Assembly (NCBI GenBank): GCA_963698505.1
Contig: CAVORC010000052.1
Span: 4,294-68,293 of the forward strand
Direction: 5' to 3'
Length of the DNA stretch: 64,000 nt
From: an uncultured Chloroflexia bacterium
Lineage (GTDB): Bacteria; Chloroflexota; Limnocylindria; Limnocylindrales; CSP1-4
The notes beneath the pieces were generated by a model. It ran no database searches. It saw nothing but the letters and a program-made list of their open reading frames with translations, and was not told where the DNA came from. Position 1 is the first letter of the stretch. Each line of letters opens with the position of its first letter. The position numbers and the translations under genes were made by a program. Positions 49,133 to 57,676 of this stretch are shown here, piece after piece.

Positions 49133-49170
49133 GTGGCGAGCAGGGGGGAACGTGGCGAGCAGGGGGAAAT
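49133..49170. repeat. 19-bp near-perfect tandem duplication directly upstream of a start codon
   Basis: GTGGCGAGCAGGGGGGAAC (49133-49151) and GTGGCGAGCAGGGGGAAAT (49152-49170) are followed by GGTCG-ATG (49176). Each copy carries an AGGGGG Shine-Dalgarno-like run. Confidence 0.9.
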
Positions 49171-49175
49171 GGTCG

Positions 49176-50003
49176 ATGACAGATGCAGGCGGGCCGACTG
49201 AGGCGTATCTCGATGGTTCGGAGGGTCGCGTCTTCTACCGTCGCTGGGACCCCGTGACCACTCCCGATCGCATCGTCCTGATCGTGCATGGCTACGCCGA
49301 GCACGGGGGCCGCTACGCTCATGTCGCGGCAGCACTCGTCCGGCGGGGGGCCGTGGTGTACGCCGACGACCACCTGGGCCACGGCCGCTCCGACGGCGAG
49401 CGAGCGCTGATCACCGACTTCGAGCACGTGGTCGACGACCTTCACACGCTCGCCGGCATCGCTCGCGTCGACCATCCCGGGTTGCCCCTGTTCCTGGTCG
49501 GGCACTCGATGGGCGGCCTGCTCTCCGCGCGCTTCGCGCAGCGCTGGCCGGACGAGGTGGCCGGCATCGCCTTCTGCGGCTCGGTCATCGGTGACTGGCG
49601 ATGGGCCCGCGACGTGCTGGCTCAGCCCGCCTTGCCGCACATCCCATTCGACCCCGAGGCGTTGTCCCGCGATCCAGGGGCTGGCGCCGCCTACGCCGCC
49701 GACCCGCTCGTCTACCACGGGCAGTACAAGCGCGGGCTCCTCGAGGCCGAGGTTGAAGCCCTCGACCGCTTCGCACAGGACATCGATCGTCTCACCATGC
49801 CGGTGGCATACCTCCACGGAACCGACGACCCGTTCGTGCCCTACGAGCGCTCCCTCCAGGCGGTCCGGGACATGCCCACCAGCGACCTCACGGTTCACGT
49901 CTACGAGGGCGCGCGACACGAGCTGCTCAACGAGACCAACCGCGACGAGGTGATCCGACATCTCTGTGACTGGAGCGATCGGATCTGCTCCGCCTGGACC
50001 TGA
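49176..50003 (+). CDS. alpha/beta hydrolase (lysophospholipase / monoacylglycerol lipase-like)
   Basis: ATG at 49176 is in frame with ORF 48822..50003. Shows the HG oxyanion IVLIVHGYAEHGGRY, the nucleophile elbow GHSMGG, and a late DD...H (GARHELLNE). Confidence 0.8.
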   Translation: MTDAGGPTEAYLDGSEGRVFYRRWDPVTTPDRIVLIVHGYAEHGGRYAHVAAALVRRGAVVYADDHLGHGRSDGERALITDFEHVVDDLHTLAGIARVDHPGLPLFLVGHSMGGLLSARFAQRWPDEVAGIAFCGSVIGDWRWARDVLAQPALPHIPFDPEALSRDPGAGAAYAADPLVYHGQYKRGLLEAEVEALDRFAQDIDRLTMPVAYLHGTDDPFVPYERSLQAVRDMPTSDLTVHVYEGARHELLNETNRDEVIRHLCDWSDRICSAWT

Positions 50004-50017
50004 CATAGGAGCAACGA

Positions 50018-50476
50018 ATGGCAGGACCGTTCGTGCCCGCAGACTTCGCCGTTCCGCTCGAGCTCGAGGGCGATGGCTTCCGCCTGGAGCCGCTCGGCCC
50101 TGAGCACAACGAGCGCGACCACGAGGCCTGGATGTCGAGCATCGACCACATCCTCGCGACGCCGGGGTTCGCGGACCGTGACTGGCCCAGGCCGATGAGC
50201 CTGGCGGACAACCTGGCGGACCTCGAGGGGCACGCTCGCGACTTCCAGGAGCGCTCGGGGTTCACCTACTCCGTCCTGGACGGCGACGAGGTGATCGGCT
50301 GCGTCTACATCTACCCGTCCAGGAGCGACGATCACGACGCTGCGGTCAGTTCGTGGGTGCGGCAAAGCCGGCGCGAGATGGACGTGATCGTGTGGCGCGG
50401 GGTGTCCGCGTGGCTGAGCACGGACTGGCCGTTCTCCAACCCCGAGTACGCTGCCCGCGACGATCGGGGCGCCTGA
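50018..50476 (+). CDS. GNAT-family N-acetyltransferase-like protein
   Basis: 152-aa ORF. The pattern F(R)LEPLGPEH...D...W...DL..H...F..R.GFTYSVL..DEVIGCVYIYP recalls a small actinobacterial GNAT-like family. Assignment is from memory only. Confidence 0.45.
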   Translation: MAGPFVPADFAVPLELEGDGFRLEPLGPEHNERDHEAWMSSIDHILATPGFADRDWPRPMSLADNLADLEGHARDFQERSGFTYSVLDGDEVIGCVYIYPSRSDDHDAAVSSWVRQSRREMDVIVWRGVSAWLSTDWPFSNPEYAARDDRGA

Positions 50477-50478
50477 GG

Positions 50479-50742
50479 TCAGCGCACCAGCAGCCGGATG
50501 ACCGCCCGGCCGGCCCGGCGCAGGACGTTCACGCTGGCGGCCAGCACGAGCAGCCCGACACCAGCATCGCCGAACGGCGCGCCGTACCAGGCGACCTTCT
50601 GGTAGCCGATGTTCTCCTCCGCCGTGGTGGCTGGATAGCGCTCCCACTCTTCGAACGGGTCATCGGCCTCGTCGGGGGGCTGGGCCGCAGCGGCCGGCGC
50701 GTGGCCGGTCCGCCACTCGGCTCCGCGCCTGCGCTTGGTCAT
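50479..50742 (-). CDS. hypothetical small tail-anchored protein
   Basis: ATG at 50742 (MTKRRRGAEW...). The middle is acidic, with a C-terminal hydrophobic segment GVGLLVLAASVNVL. Weak coding evidence only. Confidence 0.35.
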   Translation of the reverse strand: MTKRRRGAEWRTGHAPAAAAQPPDEADDPFEEWERYPATTAEENIGYQKVAWYGAPFGDAGVGLLVLAASVNVLRRAGRAVIRLLVR

Positions 50743-50854
50743 GGTCCGCCTCGTCTGTCGCCGGACGGCCCGGCATGCATCCATCCTCCGCGCCCGCGGC
50801 GGCAGGTCAAGTGCCGGACGGCCCGCCGGGTTGGCGGCACGCGAGCCGAGACGC

Positions 50855-51508
50855 TCAGCCCAGGCGGTCGAGCGCTCCCATCAGCTCTCGAAGTGAGGCG
50901 ATGCGGGTGTCAGCAAGGCTCAGCACGTCGGGGCCGGGATCGGTGCTCGGGTTGGGAACAGCGACGACCCAGGCACCGGCTGCCTTGCCCGACCTGATGC
51001 CGGCCCCGGAGTCCTCGATGACCGCGGTGGCCGCCGGGTCGAGACCCATGCGCCGCATCAGCTCGACGTAGACGTCCGGCGCCGGCTTGCCGTGGTCGAC
51101 CTCATCGCTGGAGATGAGTCCTTCGAAGAAGCCGCCCCAGCCTGCGCCGTGCAGACAGGCCTCGATCAACCGCGTCGGCGAGCCCGACGCGAGGCCGACG
51201 CGGTAGCGCGCTGCACATGCCGACAGTGCCTCGTCCGCCCCGGGCAGGATCGGCACCTCGCCTCCCTCGTAGTAGCCGGCCATGCGGCCGACGATCTCGT
51301 CGAAGACCTGCTCACGCGCCAGCTGGCCTCCAAGCTTGTCGTACAGGGCGCTGACCCAGACGTCGGTGTGCACGCCGGCCTGGGCCAGCTGATCGGCTTC
51401 GGTCCAGGTCTTCCCGTGCTGCGCAAGCAGCTCGACCCGGGCTCGGTTCCACGCCGGCTCGCTGTCCACCAGCAGCCCGTCCATGTCGAAGATGACGGCG
51501 TTGATCAT
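50855..51508 (-). CDS. HAD-superfamily hydrolase (beta-phosphoglucomutase/phosphatase-like, subfamily IA)
   Basis: Motif I is VIFDMDGLLVDSE, motif II is GLASGS, and motif III/IV is KPAPDVY...IEDSGAGIRSGKAAG. Confidence 0.85.
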   Translation of the reverse strand: MINAVIFDMDGLLVDSEPAWNRARVELLAQHGKTWTEADQLAQAGVHTDVWVSALYDKLGGQLAREQVFDEIVGRMAGYYEGGEVPILPGADEALSACAARYRVGLASGSPTRLIEACLHGAGWGGFFEGLISSDEVDHGKPAPDVYVELMRRMGLDPAATAVIEDSGAGIRSGKAAGAWVVAVPNPSTDPGPDVLSLADTRIASLRELMGALDRLG

Positions 51509-51788
51509 GGGCAGCTCCTGTCGTAGTCATCCAACGCGAGGCAGCCCGCCAGGACCACACGTGATGCTTCGGGGGCGGCTGCCGGGAGCACAGTAGCAGC
51601 CCGCTGCCGCGCGGACGCCGCCTGGGTCACATCCGTGACCCCGGCCCGGACGGACTCCGTGATACCCCGTCGTCAAGCCAGGCCTGGACGGCACTGGAAA
51701 TGAGTCGGCGGCCAAGCGTCGTCCCCTGGCTTCCGGCCGCCCTTACGACGAGCCTCATCGCCACGAGACAGCGGAGGCCAGTGACAAG

Positions 51789-52760
51789 TTGCCGTACTGC
51801 ACCGATTGCGGCTCCTGGTTCCCGAGCAGCGTCTGCCGATGCGAAGCCTGCGGGGGCGCGCTGACGGCGGAGCGACCTGCCTCGGTCATGCAGGCTGTTG
51901 CGACACGGGCTGCGTCGCACGACGAGCCGGATGGTCTCTGGTCGTGCCTGAAGATGCCCGATCCCGACAGCGAGATCCTCGCTCCAGCGGAGGCACGGCA
52001 GCTCGTGCGCGCGTTCGAGGCGGCGCGAGAGAGGGCCCGAGGTCGGCACGCAGCTCCCGCCTCGTGGTTGCCGGCGTCCGGGACCCGCGTCGCGACCGCA
52101 TCGTGGATGGCCCACTGCCAGGCGGAGGAGGATGGTGACTGGCCGACCGTGCGCCGGGCGCGCGAGGACCTCGTCGACCTGCAGGCGTTCGTCTCGGACG
52201 ACGAGGTGGTCGCAGCGGAGACACGGTCCAGGCAGGCGGGCCGGTCGGCACACGGATCTCCCTGGGACCTCGATCCGATCCGATGGGCGCAGGCCAGCGT
52301 CATCTGCATGCTCCGCGAAGAGGACCGGGTGCTCGGTGCCTACAACGCCCTTGCCGACATCGATGTCGTGATCGGCGAGGCGCGGCGTTCGCTGGAGGCG
52401 GTCGACCGCTACAAGGAGACGCAGGTGAGCGGGTTCGCGGCGATGGCCTACTGGCCGGTCGGCTTGCTCATCGGCCTCGTCGCTGGCTCGCTGGCAGGAG
52501 GGGTCTCGGTCGTCGCCATCGTCGTCGTCGCGGGGATCGGCATCGCCGGGTACACGCTGTACCTCGCGCCGGCCTTCGGCATGGCGGTCGGTACGCTGAG
52601 CTCACGCATCGACCGGCTGGCCATGCGGGCGAACCAGCGCATCCTGCTCGGGATCGGCCGCGCCCTCGCCACGCTGAGCTGGCTCGCCGCGTTCTTCGGC
52701 GTGCCGATCGCCATCGGACTCGCCGTCTCCATCGTCAGCCGGCGCCTGGGGCTCCCATGA
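51789..52760 (+). CDS. hypothetical protein with an N-terminal zinc ribbon and a C-terminal polytopic membrane domain
   Basis: TTG start 11 nt after GGAGG. Shows CTDCGSWF...CRCEACGG, then a soluble region, then about 4 TM helices (AYWPVGLLIGLVAGSLAGGVSVVAIVVVAGIGIAGYTLYLAPAFG...). Confidence 0.6.
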   Translation: MPYCTDCGSWFPSSVCRCEACGGALTAERPASVMQAVATRAASHDEPDGLWSCLKMPDPDSEILAPAEARQLVRAFEAARERARGRHAAPASWLPASGTRVATASWMAHCQAEEDGDWPTVRRAREDLVDLQAFVSDDEVVAAETRSRQAGRSAHGSPWDLDPIRWAQASVICMLREEDRVLGAYNALADIDVVIGEARRSLEAVDRYKETQVSGFAAMAYWPVGLLIGLVAGSLAGGVSVVAIVVVAGIGIAGYTLYLAPAFGMAVGTLSSRIDRLAMRANQRILLGIGRALATLSWLAAFFGVPIAIGLAVSIVSRRLGLP

Positions 52761-52775
52761 GGACGCGAGGCCGGC

Positions 52776-53906
52776 TCAGCTCCGGTGGCGCTGCCAGACC
52801 TCGACGAGCCGGTCGTGCGGCAGGCGATGGGCGACGTGCCCACCCTGGCCCGCCATCGTCTCGGCGGCCACCAGGGCATTGACGATGGCCTCCTCGGTCG
52901 GCTTCGATGGCGGCCCAGAAGAGCGCGCTGATCCAGGCGTCGTCGAGCGTCCGCACCTCCCGGGCGAACGGCCGCCGCCACGCCGGCGTCCTCGGCCACC
53001 AGCCCGCGGTTGCCGGTGGCGAAGGCGATGAAGAGATCGCCGCTCGAGTGCTCCCCCGCGCCGCCGGTGCGCGCCACGCCCAGCCCGGCCCGCTGCGCCA
53101 GGCGCTCGCACTGGTGCGGCAGCAGCGGCGCGTCGGTGGCAAGGACGACGATGATCGAACCCGCGTCGGCATCGCCCGACGACGACGCGAGCGTCCTCGC
53201 GGTCGGAGGGCACCACGTCGAGGCCGATCTCGCGACCGACCGGCACGCCGTCGATGGCGAGCCGCTCGCGCCGACCGTAGTTGGCCTGCACCAGCGCCCC
53301 GACGGTGAAGCCGCCTTCGGCAGCGGCCAGCCGACGCGAGGCCGTCCCGATGCCGCCCTTGAAGCGATGGCAGATCATGCCCGTGCCGCCGCCCACGTTG
53401 CCCTCGGCCACCGGCCCCGCCCCGGGCGCCGTCGAGCGCCGCGTCGAGGTGCTCCGCGCGCACGTGCTGGCCGTCGATGTCGTTGAGCCAGCCGTCCCAG
53501 GTCTCGCCCACCACCGGCAGCGCCCAGGCCGATCCGGGCGTCGCCGAGCTGCGCGACGGCCGCCGCCACGATGGCGTCACGCACCACGCCGACCGAGTGC
53601 GTGTTGGTGATGCCGATGGGCCCTGAGAGCAGTCCCGCCTCGCGGATCCACTCGAGGCCGGTGAGCTCGCCGTTGCCGTTGAGGCGGTGGGCGCCGGCGT
53701 AGACGGCTTCGGCGAACGGATCGCCGTCATGCGGCATGACGACGGTGACGCCGGTGCGCACGGGACCCTGCCCGACCCGCAGTGGCCCGGCCTCACCCGC
53801 GATGATCGTCGCGTGGCCCACGCGCACGCCGGCCACGTCGGTGATGGCGTTGAGCGGGCCCGGGCGCCAGGAGCCCGATGGAGATGCCGAGGTCGCGTGC
53901 ACGCAT
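52776..53906 (-). pseudogene. DmpA/peptidase S58-family aminopeptidase, at least 4 frame changes
   Basis: The conserved pieces sit in three frames. They are MRARDLGISIG, WRPGPLNAITDVAGVRVGHATI...PVRTGVTVV...NGNGELTG...GITNTHSVG, LPVVGETWDGWLNDIDGQHV, EGNVGGGTGMICHRFKGGIGTASR, SIIVVLATDAPLLPHQCERLAQRA...GDLFIAFATGN, and EEAIVNALVAAETM. Confidence 0.7.
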
Positions 53907-53930
53907 CGGCGCCGACCCCTCGTCGCGGCC

Positions 53931-55164
53931 CTAGCGCGGGCGCGTGACGAAGATGTTGCGCGGGGAGCCGTCCAGCTGTCCCGACTGCAGCACGATGGCC
54001 GGCTTGCTTGCCGCTGGCAGCGACGTTGGGGGCCATGCGCAGCAGCCGCGCGCGGGGCGCCACGGCCTCGGGGGCCTTCCACGTGCGGCCGTCATCGAGG
54101 CTGCGACGCGAGACCACCTTGGTGCTCGATCAGCCGCCGGTTCTTGACGCGTTCGTCGACGTAGGTGATGAGGGCCTTCTTGTTGGGCAGCAGCGAGACG
54201 TCGGCAGCACTCAGGCTCCGCCCCTTGGGTGGCTTGAGAGGCGGTCGCTCCACTGGCGCCCGTTCTTGCCGGAGCGCGCGACGATGAGCCCACCGGTAGG
54301 CGACTGCACCGTCGCCACGACGGTCTTGCCACGCGCGTCCAGCTCCGGCCAGCCGTAGCTGCGACGGCTGGTGATCGTGCGCCGGGGACTCCAGCGTTCG
54401 CCGCGGTCGAGCGAGGTGCGCACCTTGATGGCCTTGGCCAGGCACTGTCGCGAGGGCGAGTGCGACCACGCCACGTGGACGGAACGGTCGTTGATGGCCA
54501 GCCCCACGAGACCGTCGGTGAGGCGCTTCTTGCAGTCGATCGACAGGCTCGTCCGTCCCAGCGTCTTGGCCGGCTTGAAGGTGCGACCACCGTCGCGGCT
54601 GGTGCGGAGCTTGATCTTGCCGTTGGCCCGGTTGGTCCAGGCCACGGCGACGACATCGTTGCCCACGGCCACGGCCGGCACGCCCACGCCGTGCGCCTTC
54701 GAGGTCGAGAAGATCTCGTCCTTGGCGCCGAAGCTCTGGCCGCCATCACGGCTGACGCGCACGAAGAGGGTCTTCTCCGTGGGCCCGTCCACTCGCCAGG
54801 CGACGACGACCGTGTCGCCCTCGGCGGCGATGGCGAGGTTGGGGACGACGTGTCGACGACTCAGCGTGGCCGAGAACAGCGTGCGCTCCTTCGACCACGA
54901 GACCCCGCCGTTGCTGGAGCTCTGGTAGACGACGCGGTCGTCGGTCGTGTTGGGACCGATGCGCGGGTGGACCAGGTGCCAGGTGCCATCGTCGGCGGCG
55001 AGCTGGTGCATCGAATCGAGTCGTGAGCCGCCAGCGGCGCTGACACGGCTGAGCGAGGTCCAGTCGGCAGACAGGACGAGGGTGGGGAGCAGCAGCAAGG
55101 CAAACAGGGCAAGCGTGAGACCGGTGAGCGGCGCACGACTGCCGGCCCTGCGATGGACGGACAT
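53931..55164 (-). pseudogene. secreted BNR/Asp-box repeat (sialidase-fold) protein, at least 3 frame changes in the 3' third
   Basis: The signal peptide is MSVHRRAGSRAPLTGLTLALFALLLLPTLVLSA. Asp-box-like units are SSNGGVSW, SRDGGQSF, SRDGGRTF, SLDRGERW, SGKNGRQW and SLDDGRTW. The tail ..AIVLQSGQLDGSPRNIFVTRPR* ends at 53931. Confidence 0.7.
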
Positions 55165-55271
55165 CACGGCGCCATTGTCACCGGTGCACCGGCGCACCGG
55201 AAATAGCCGCCGAGTACGTGCGTACGCATATGACCTTCGGCCGCGGCACGAGCCCGCAGGGAGCCGCGCGA

Positions 55272-56447
55272 CTAACGCCGCTGCTGCCAGGACTTGCCCT
55301 CGACCGCCACGGCCGGGGCGTAGACCATCTCCACCTGCTGCATGGCGCGGATATCCGGCGCGCCGAGGGCCGCCATCGACTGGCGCAGCGCACCGACCAG
55401 GTTCTCGCTGCCGTCGGTCACGCGCGAGGGACCGAAGAGGATGCGTTCCATGGACCCCACCGTGCCGACGTCGATGCGGGTGCCTCGCGGCAGTGTCGGT
55501 GAGGGCGCCGCCATGCCCCAGTTGGTTCCAAGGCCGGGTGCCTCCTCCGCCCGCGCCAGCGGCGAGCCCAGCATCAGCGCATCCGCTCCCGCGGCGATGG
55601 CCTTGGCCATCTCGCCACCCCGGCGCATGCCGCCGTCACCGATGACCGGCACGTAGCGACCGGTTCGCGCGGCGTGGTCGTCGCGGGCAGCGGCCACGTC
55701 GGCGATGGCGCTGACCTGCGGCACGCCGATGCCCAGCACCTCACGCGTGGTGCAGGCAGCACCCGGCCCGACGCCCACGAAGATGGCGGCGATGCCCTGC
55801 TCCATCAGCGCGGCGGCTGCCTCGTAGGAGGTGGTGTTGCCCACCGCGACCGGGATGCCCATGAGCCGTGTGAACTCGTCCAGCTCCAGCGGCTGGTAGC
55901 CCGATGCGAGGTGCCGCGGCGAGGAGACCTGCGACTGCACCAGGAAGACATCGGCACCCAGCTCGGCGCAGATGGGCCCCCACTCGCGAGCAGCCGCGGG
56001 CGTGGCCGAGATGACTGCCGGGGATCCTGCCGCGTGCAGCTCGTTGATGCGTCTCGCCACCAGCTCCCGCGAGATCGGGGGCAGGTAGGCAGCCGAGAGG
56101 ACCGACTGGACCTCGGCGGCAGAGGCCGTGGCGATGCACTGCAGCACCGCCGACGGATCCTCGTAGCGCATCTGCACGCCCTCGAGGTTCATCACGGCCA
56201 GGCCACCCAGCCCGGCCAGGACGCCGGCCGAGCGGACATCGACCACCGCGTCCATCGACGCGGCCAGCACGGGGATGCGCAGCGAGAGACCGGCCAGCTC
56301 GACGGAGGTATCCACGTCGTCCGGCTCGACCGTGCGTGTGCCGGGAGCCAGGGAGACATCATCGAAGCCGTAGGCGTGGCGGAGGTTCGCGACCTTGGAG
56401 GCTCGGCGGCGCGGAGCGATGGCGATCTCGCTGTCCTGATGCGGCAT
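55272..56447 (-). CDS. GuaB3-type IMP dehydrogenase-related protein (no CBS pair)
   Basis: ATG at 56447 lies inside the 677-aa composite ORF. Shows YGFDDVSLAPG, IPVLAASMDAV, VGVGPGAACTTREVLGIGVPQ and VIGDGGMRRGGEMAKAIAAGADALMLGS. Confidence 0.85.
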   Translation of the reverse strand: MPHQDSEIAIAPRRRASKVANLRHAYGFDDVSLAPGTRTVEPDDVDTSVELAGLSLRIPVLAASMDAVVDVRSAGVLAGLGGLAVMNLEGVQMRYEDPSAVLQCIATASAAEVQSVLSAAYLPPISRELVARRINELHAAGSPAVISATPAAAREWGPICAELGADVFLVQSQVSSPRHLASGYQPLELDEFTRLMGIPVAVGNTTSYEAAAALMEQGIAAIFVGVGPGAACTTREVLGIGVPQVSAIADVAAARDDHAARTGRYVPVIGDGGMRRGGEMAKAIAAGADALMLGSPLARAEEAPGLGTNWGMAAPSPTLPRGTRIDVGTVGSMERILFGPSRVTDGSENLVGALRQSMAALGAPDIRAMQQVEMVYAPAVAVEGKSWQQRR

Positions 56448-56519
56448 GCTGCCGACCCTGATGGTCACGATCGATGGACCCCTCCTGCGCAGTACTGAGC
56501 GTGGCGGCAGTATACCGAG

Positions 56520-57554
56520 GTGACGACCCTCCAGAACGAGCCCGGCCAGGTCACGCTGGCCGACGTGCAGGCCGCGGCCGATTGCCTCACCGGCGTGGCC
56601 CTGCGCACGCCCCTGCTGGCCTTCGGGCCCATCGACGACGCCATCGGCGCCCCGCGCGCCTGGCTCAAGCCGGAGAACCTGCAGCCGATCGGCGCGTTCA
56701 AGATCCGCGGCGCCTACAACGCGCTCGCGACACTGTCGCCGGAGGAGCGCGCCCGGGGCGTCGTCACGCACTCCAGCGGCAACCACGCGCAGGGCATCGC
56801 TCGCGCCGCCCGCATGCTGGGACTCCACGCGGTCATCGTCATGCCCGACGACGCGCCGGCCATCAAGGTCGCGGGGGTGCGCGCGGACGGTGCCGAGATC
56901 GACGTCGTCGGGCCCGACAGCGAGGAGCGCATCCGCCGGGCAGACCAGCTGGCCGCCGAGCGCGGCCTCGTCCTCATCCCGTCGTACGACGATGCCCGCA
57001 TCGTGGCCGGCCAGGGCACCATCGGACTCGAGATCGTGGAGCAGGTCGCCGAGCTGGGCCGCGCCAACGAGCCGCTGACCGTGCTGGTGCCCATCGGTGG
57101 TGGCGGCCTCTCGGCCGGGGTCTGTGTGGCCGTCAAGGGGCTGCGGCCCGACGCCACGGTCATCGGGGTCGAGCCGGAGCTGGCCGCCGACGCCGCCGAT
57201 TCGATACGCCAGGACCGCATCGTGCGCTGGGCGCCCGCGCTGACCGGTCGCACCATCGCCGATGGCGTGCGCAGCAGCGCGCTCGGCCACATCCCCTTCG
57301 CGCACCTGCGCCGGCTCATCGACGACGTCGTGACGGTGACGGAGAACGACATCAAGCGCGCCATGCTGGAAGCCGGAACGCGCGCCCGCATCGTGGCCGA
57401 GCCCTCCGGCGCGGTGTCCATCGCGGCCTGGCTGCGCTACGGCTCCCAGCTACCGCATGCCGACGACGGCGACACGGTGATGGTGGTGAGCGGCGGCAAC
57501 ATCGACCCGGAGCGGTACCAGGCGCTGCTCGCCGAGGCCGTGGCACTCGGCTGA
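56520..57554 (+). CDS. PLP-dependent threonine/serine dehydratase (short form, no regulatory domain)
   Basis: GTG start. The Lys motif is PENLQPIGAFKIRGAYN. Also SSGNHAQGIA and the Gly loop PIGGGGLSAG. Length 344 aa. Confidence 0.85.
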   Translation: MTTLQNEPGQVTLADVQAAADCLTGVALRTPLLAFGPIDDAIGAPRAWLKPENLQPIGAFKIRGAYNALATLSPEERARGVVTHSSGNHAQGIARAARMLGLHAVIVMPDDAPAIKVAGVRADGAEIDVVGPDSEERIRRADQLAAERGLVLIPSYDDARIVAGQGTIGLEIVEQVAELGRANEPLTVLVPIGGGGLSAGVCVAVKGLRPDATVIGVEPELAADAADSIRQDRIVRWAPALTGRTIADGVRSSALGHIPFAHLRRLIDDVVTVTENDIKRAMLEAGTRARIVAEPSGAVSIAAWLRYGSQLPHADDGDTVMVVSGGNIDPERYQALLAEAVALG

Positions 57555-57676
57555 CCAGGGCGGACCGGTGCTCGGCCGGGCGGCCGGCCGGGCGGCCGGT
57601 CGGGACGCTGCCCAGCCTGTGGCAGGCTCAAAGTGGTGCGTCGACGCGCCGCCCGCGACATGCCCGACGGCTGCGC

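Noticed and set aside
51509-51788. The 280-bp divergent intergenic region, which has hairpins (GGCAGCCCGCC...GGCGGCTGCC and GGGTCAC-ATCC-GTGACCC), considered as a possible ncRNA or riboswitch.
   Set aside because: I could not match it to any riboswitch, SRP, 6S, RNase P or tmRNA consensus that I know. Hairpins of this size are common in GC-rich intergenic DNA. It would need a covariance-model scan before any call.
56448-57305. The upstream part of the 677-aa minus-strand ORF 55272..57305. The upstream part of the 744-aa plus-strand ORF 56474..58708 (56474-57676) is a similar case.
   Set aside because: The former is antisense to the threonine dehydratase gene. The latter is an off-frame reading of the same strand as that gene (frame +2 relative to 56520). 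Both are Arg/Gly/His/Pro-rich. The real genes start at 56447 (guaB3-like) and 57677 (GAF-GGDEF).
57575-57598. The tandem 12-mer GGCCGGGCGGCC x2 after the threonine dehydratase stop, with the adjacent AGCCTG-TGG-CAGGCT hairpin (57614-57628).
   Set aside because: This is simple GC-rich low-complexity sequence of a kind expected by chance at this base composition. The hairpin has a 3-nt loop and no U-tract. I do not call it a terminator or regulatory repeat.
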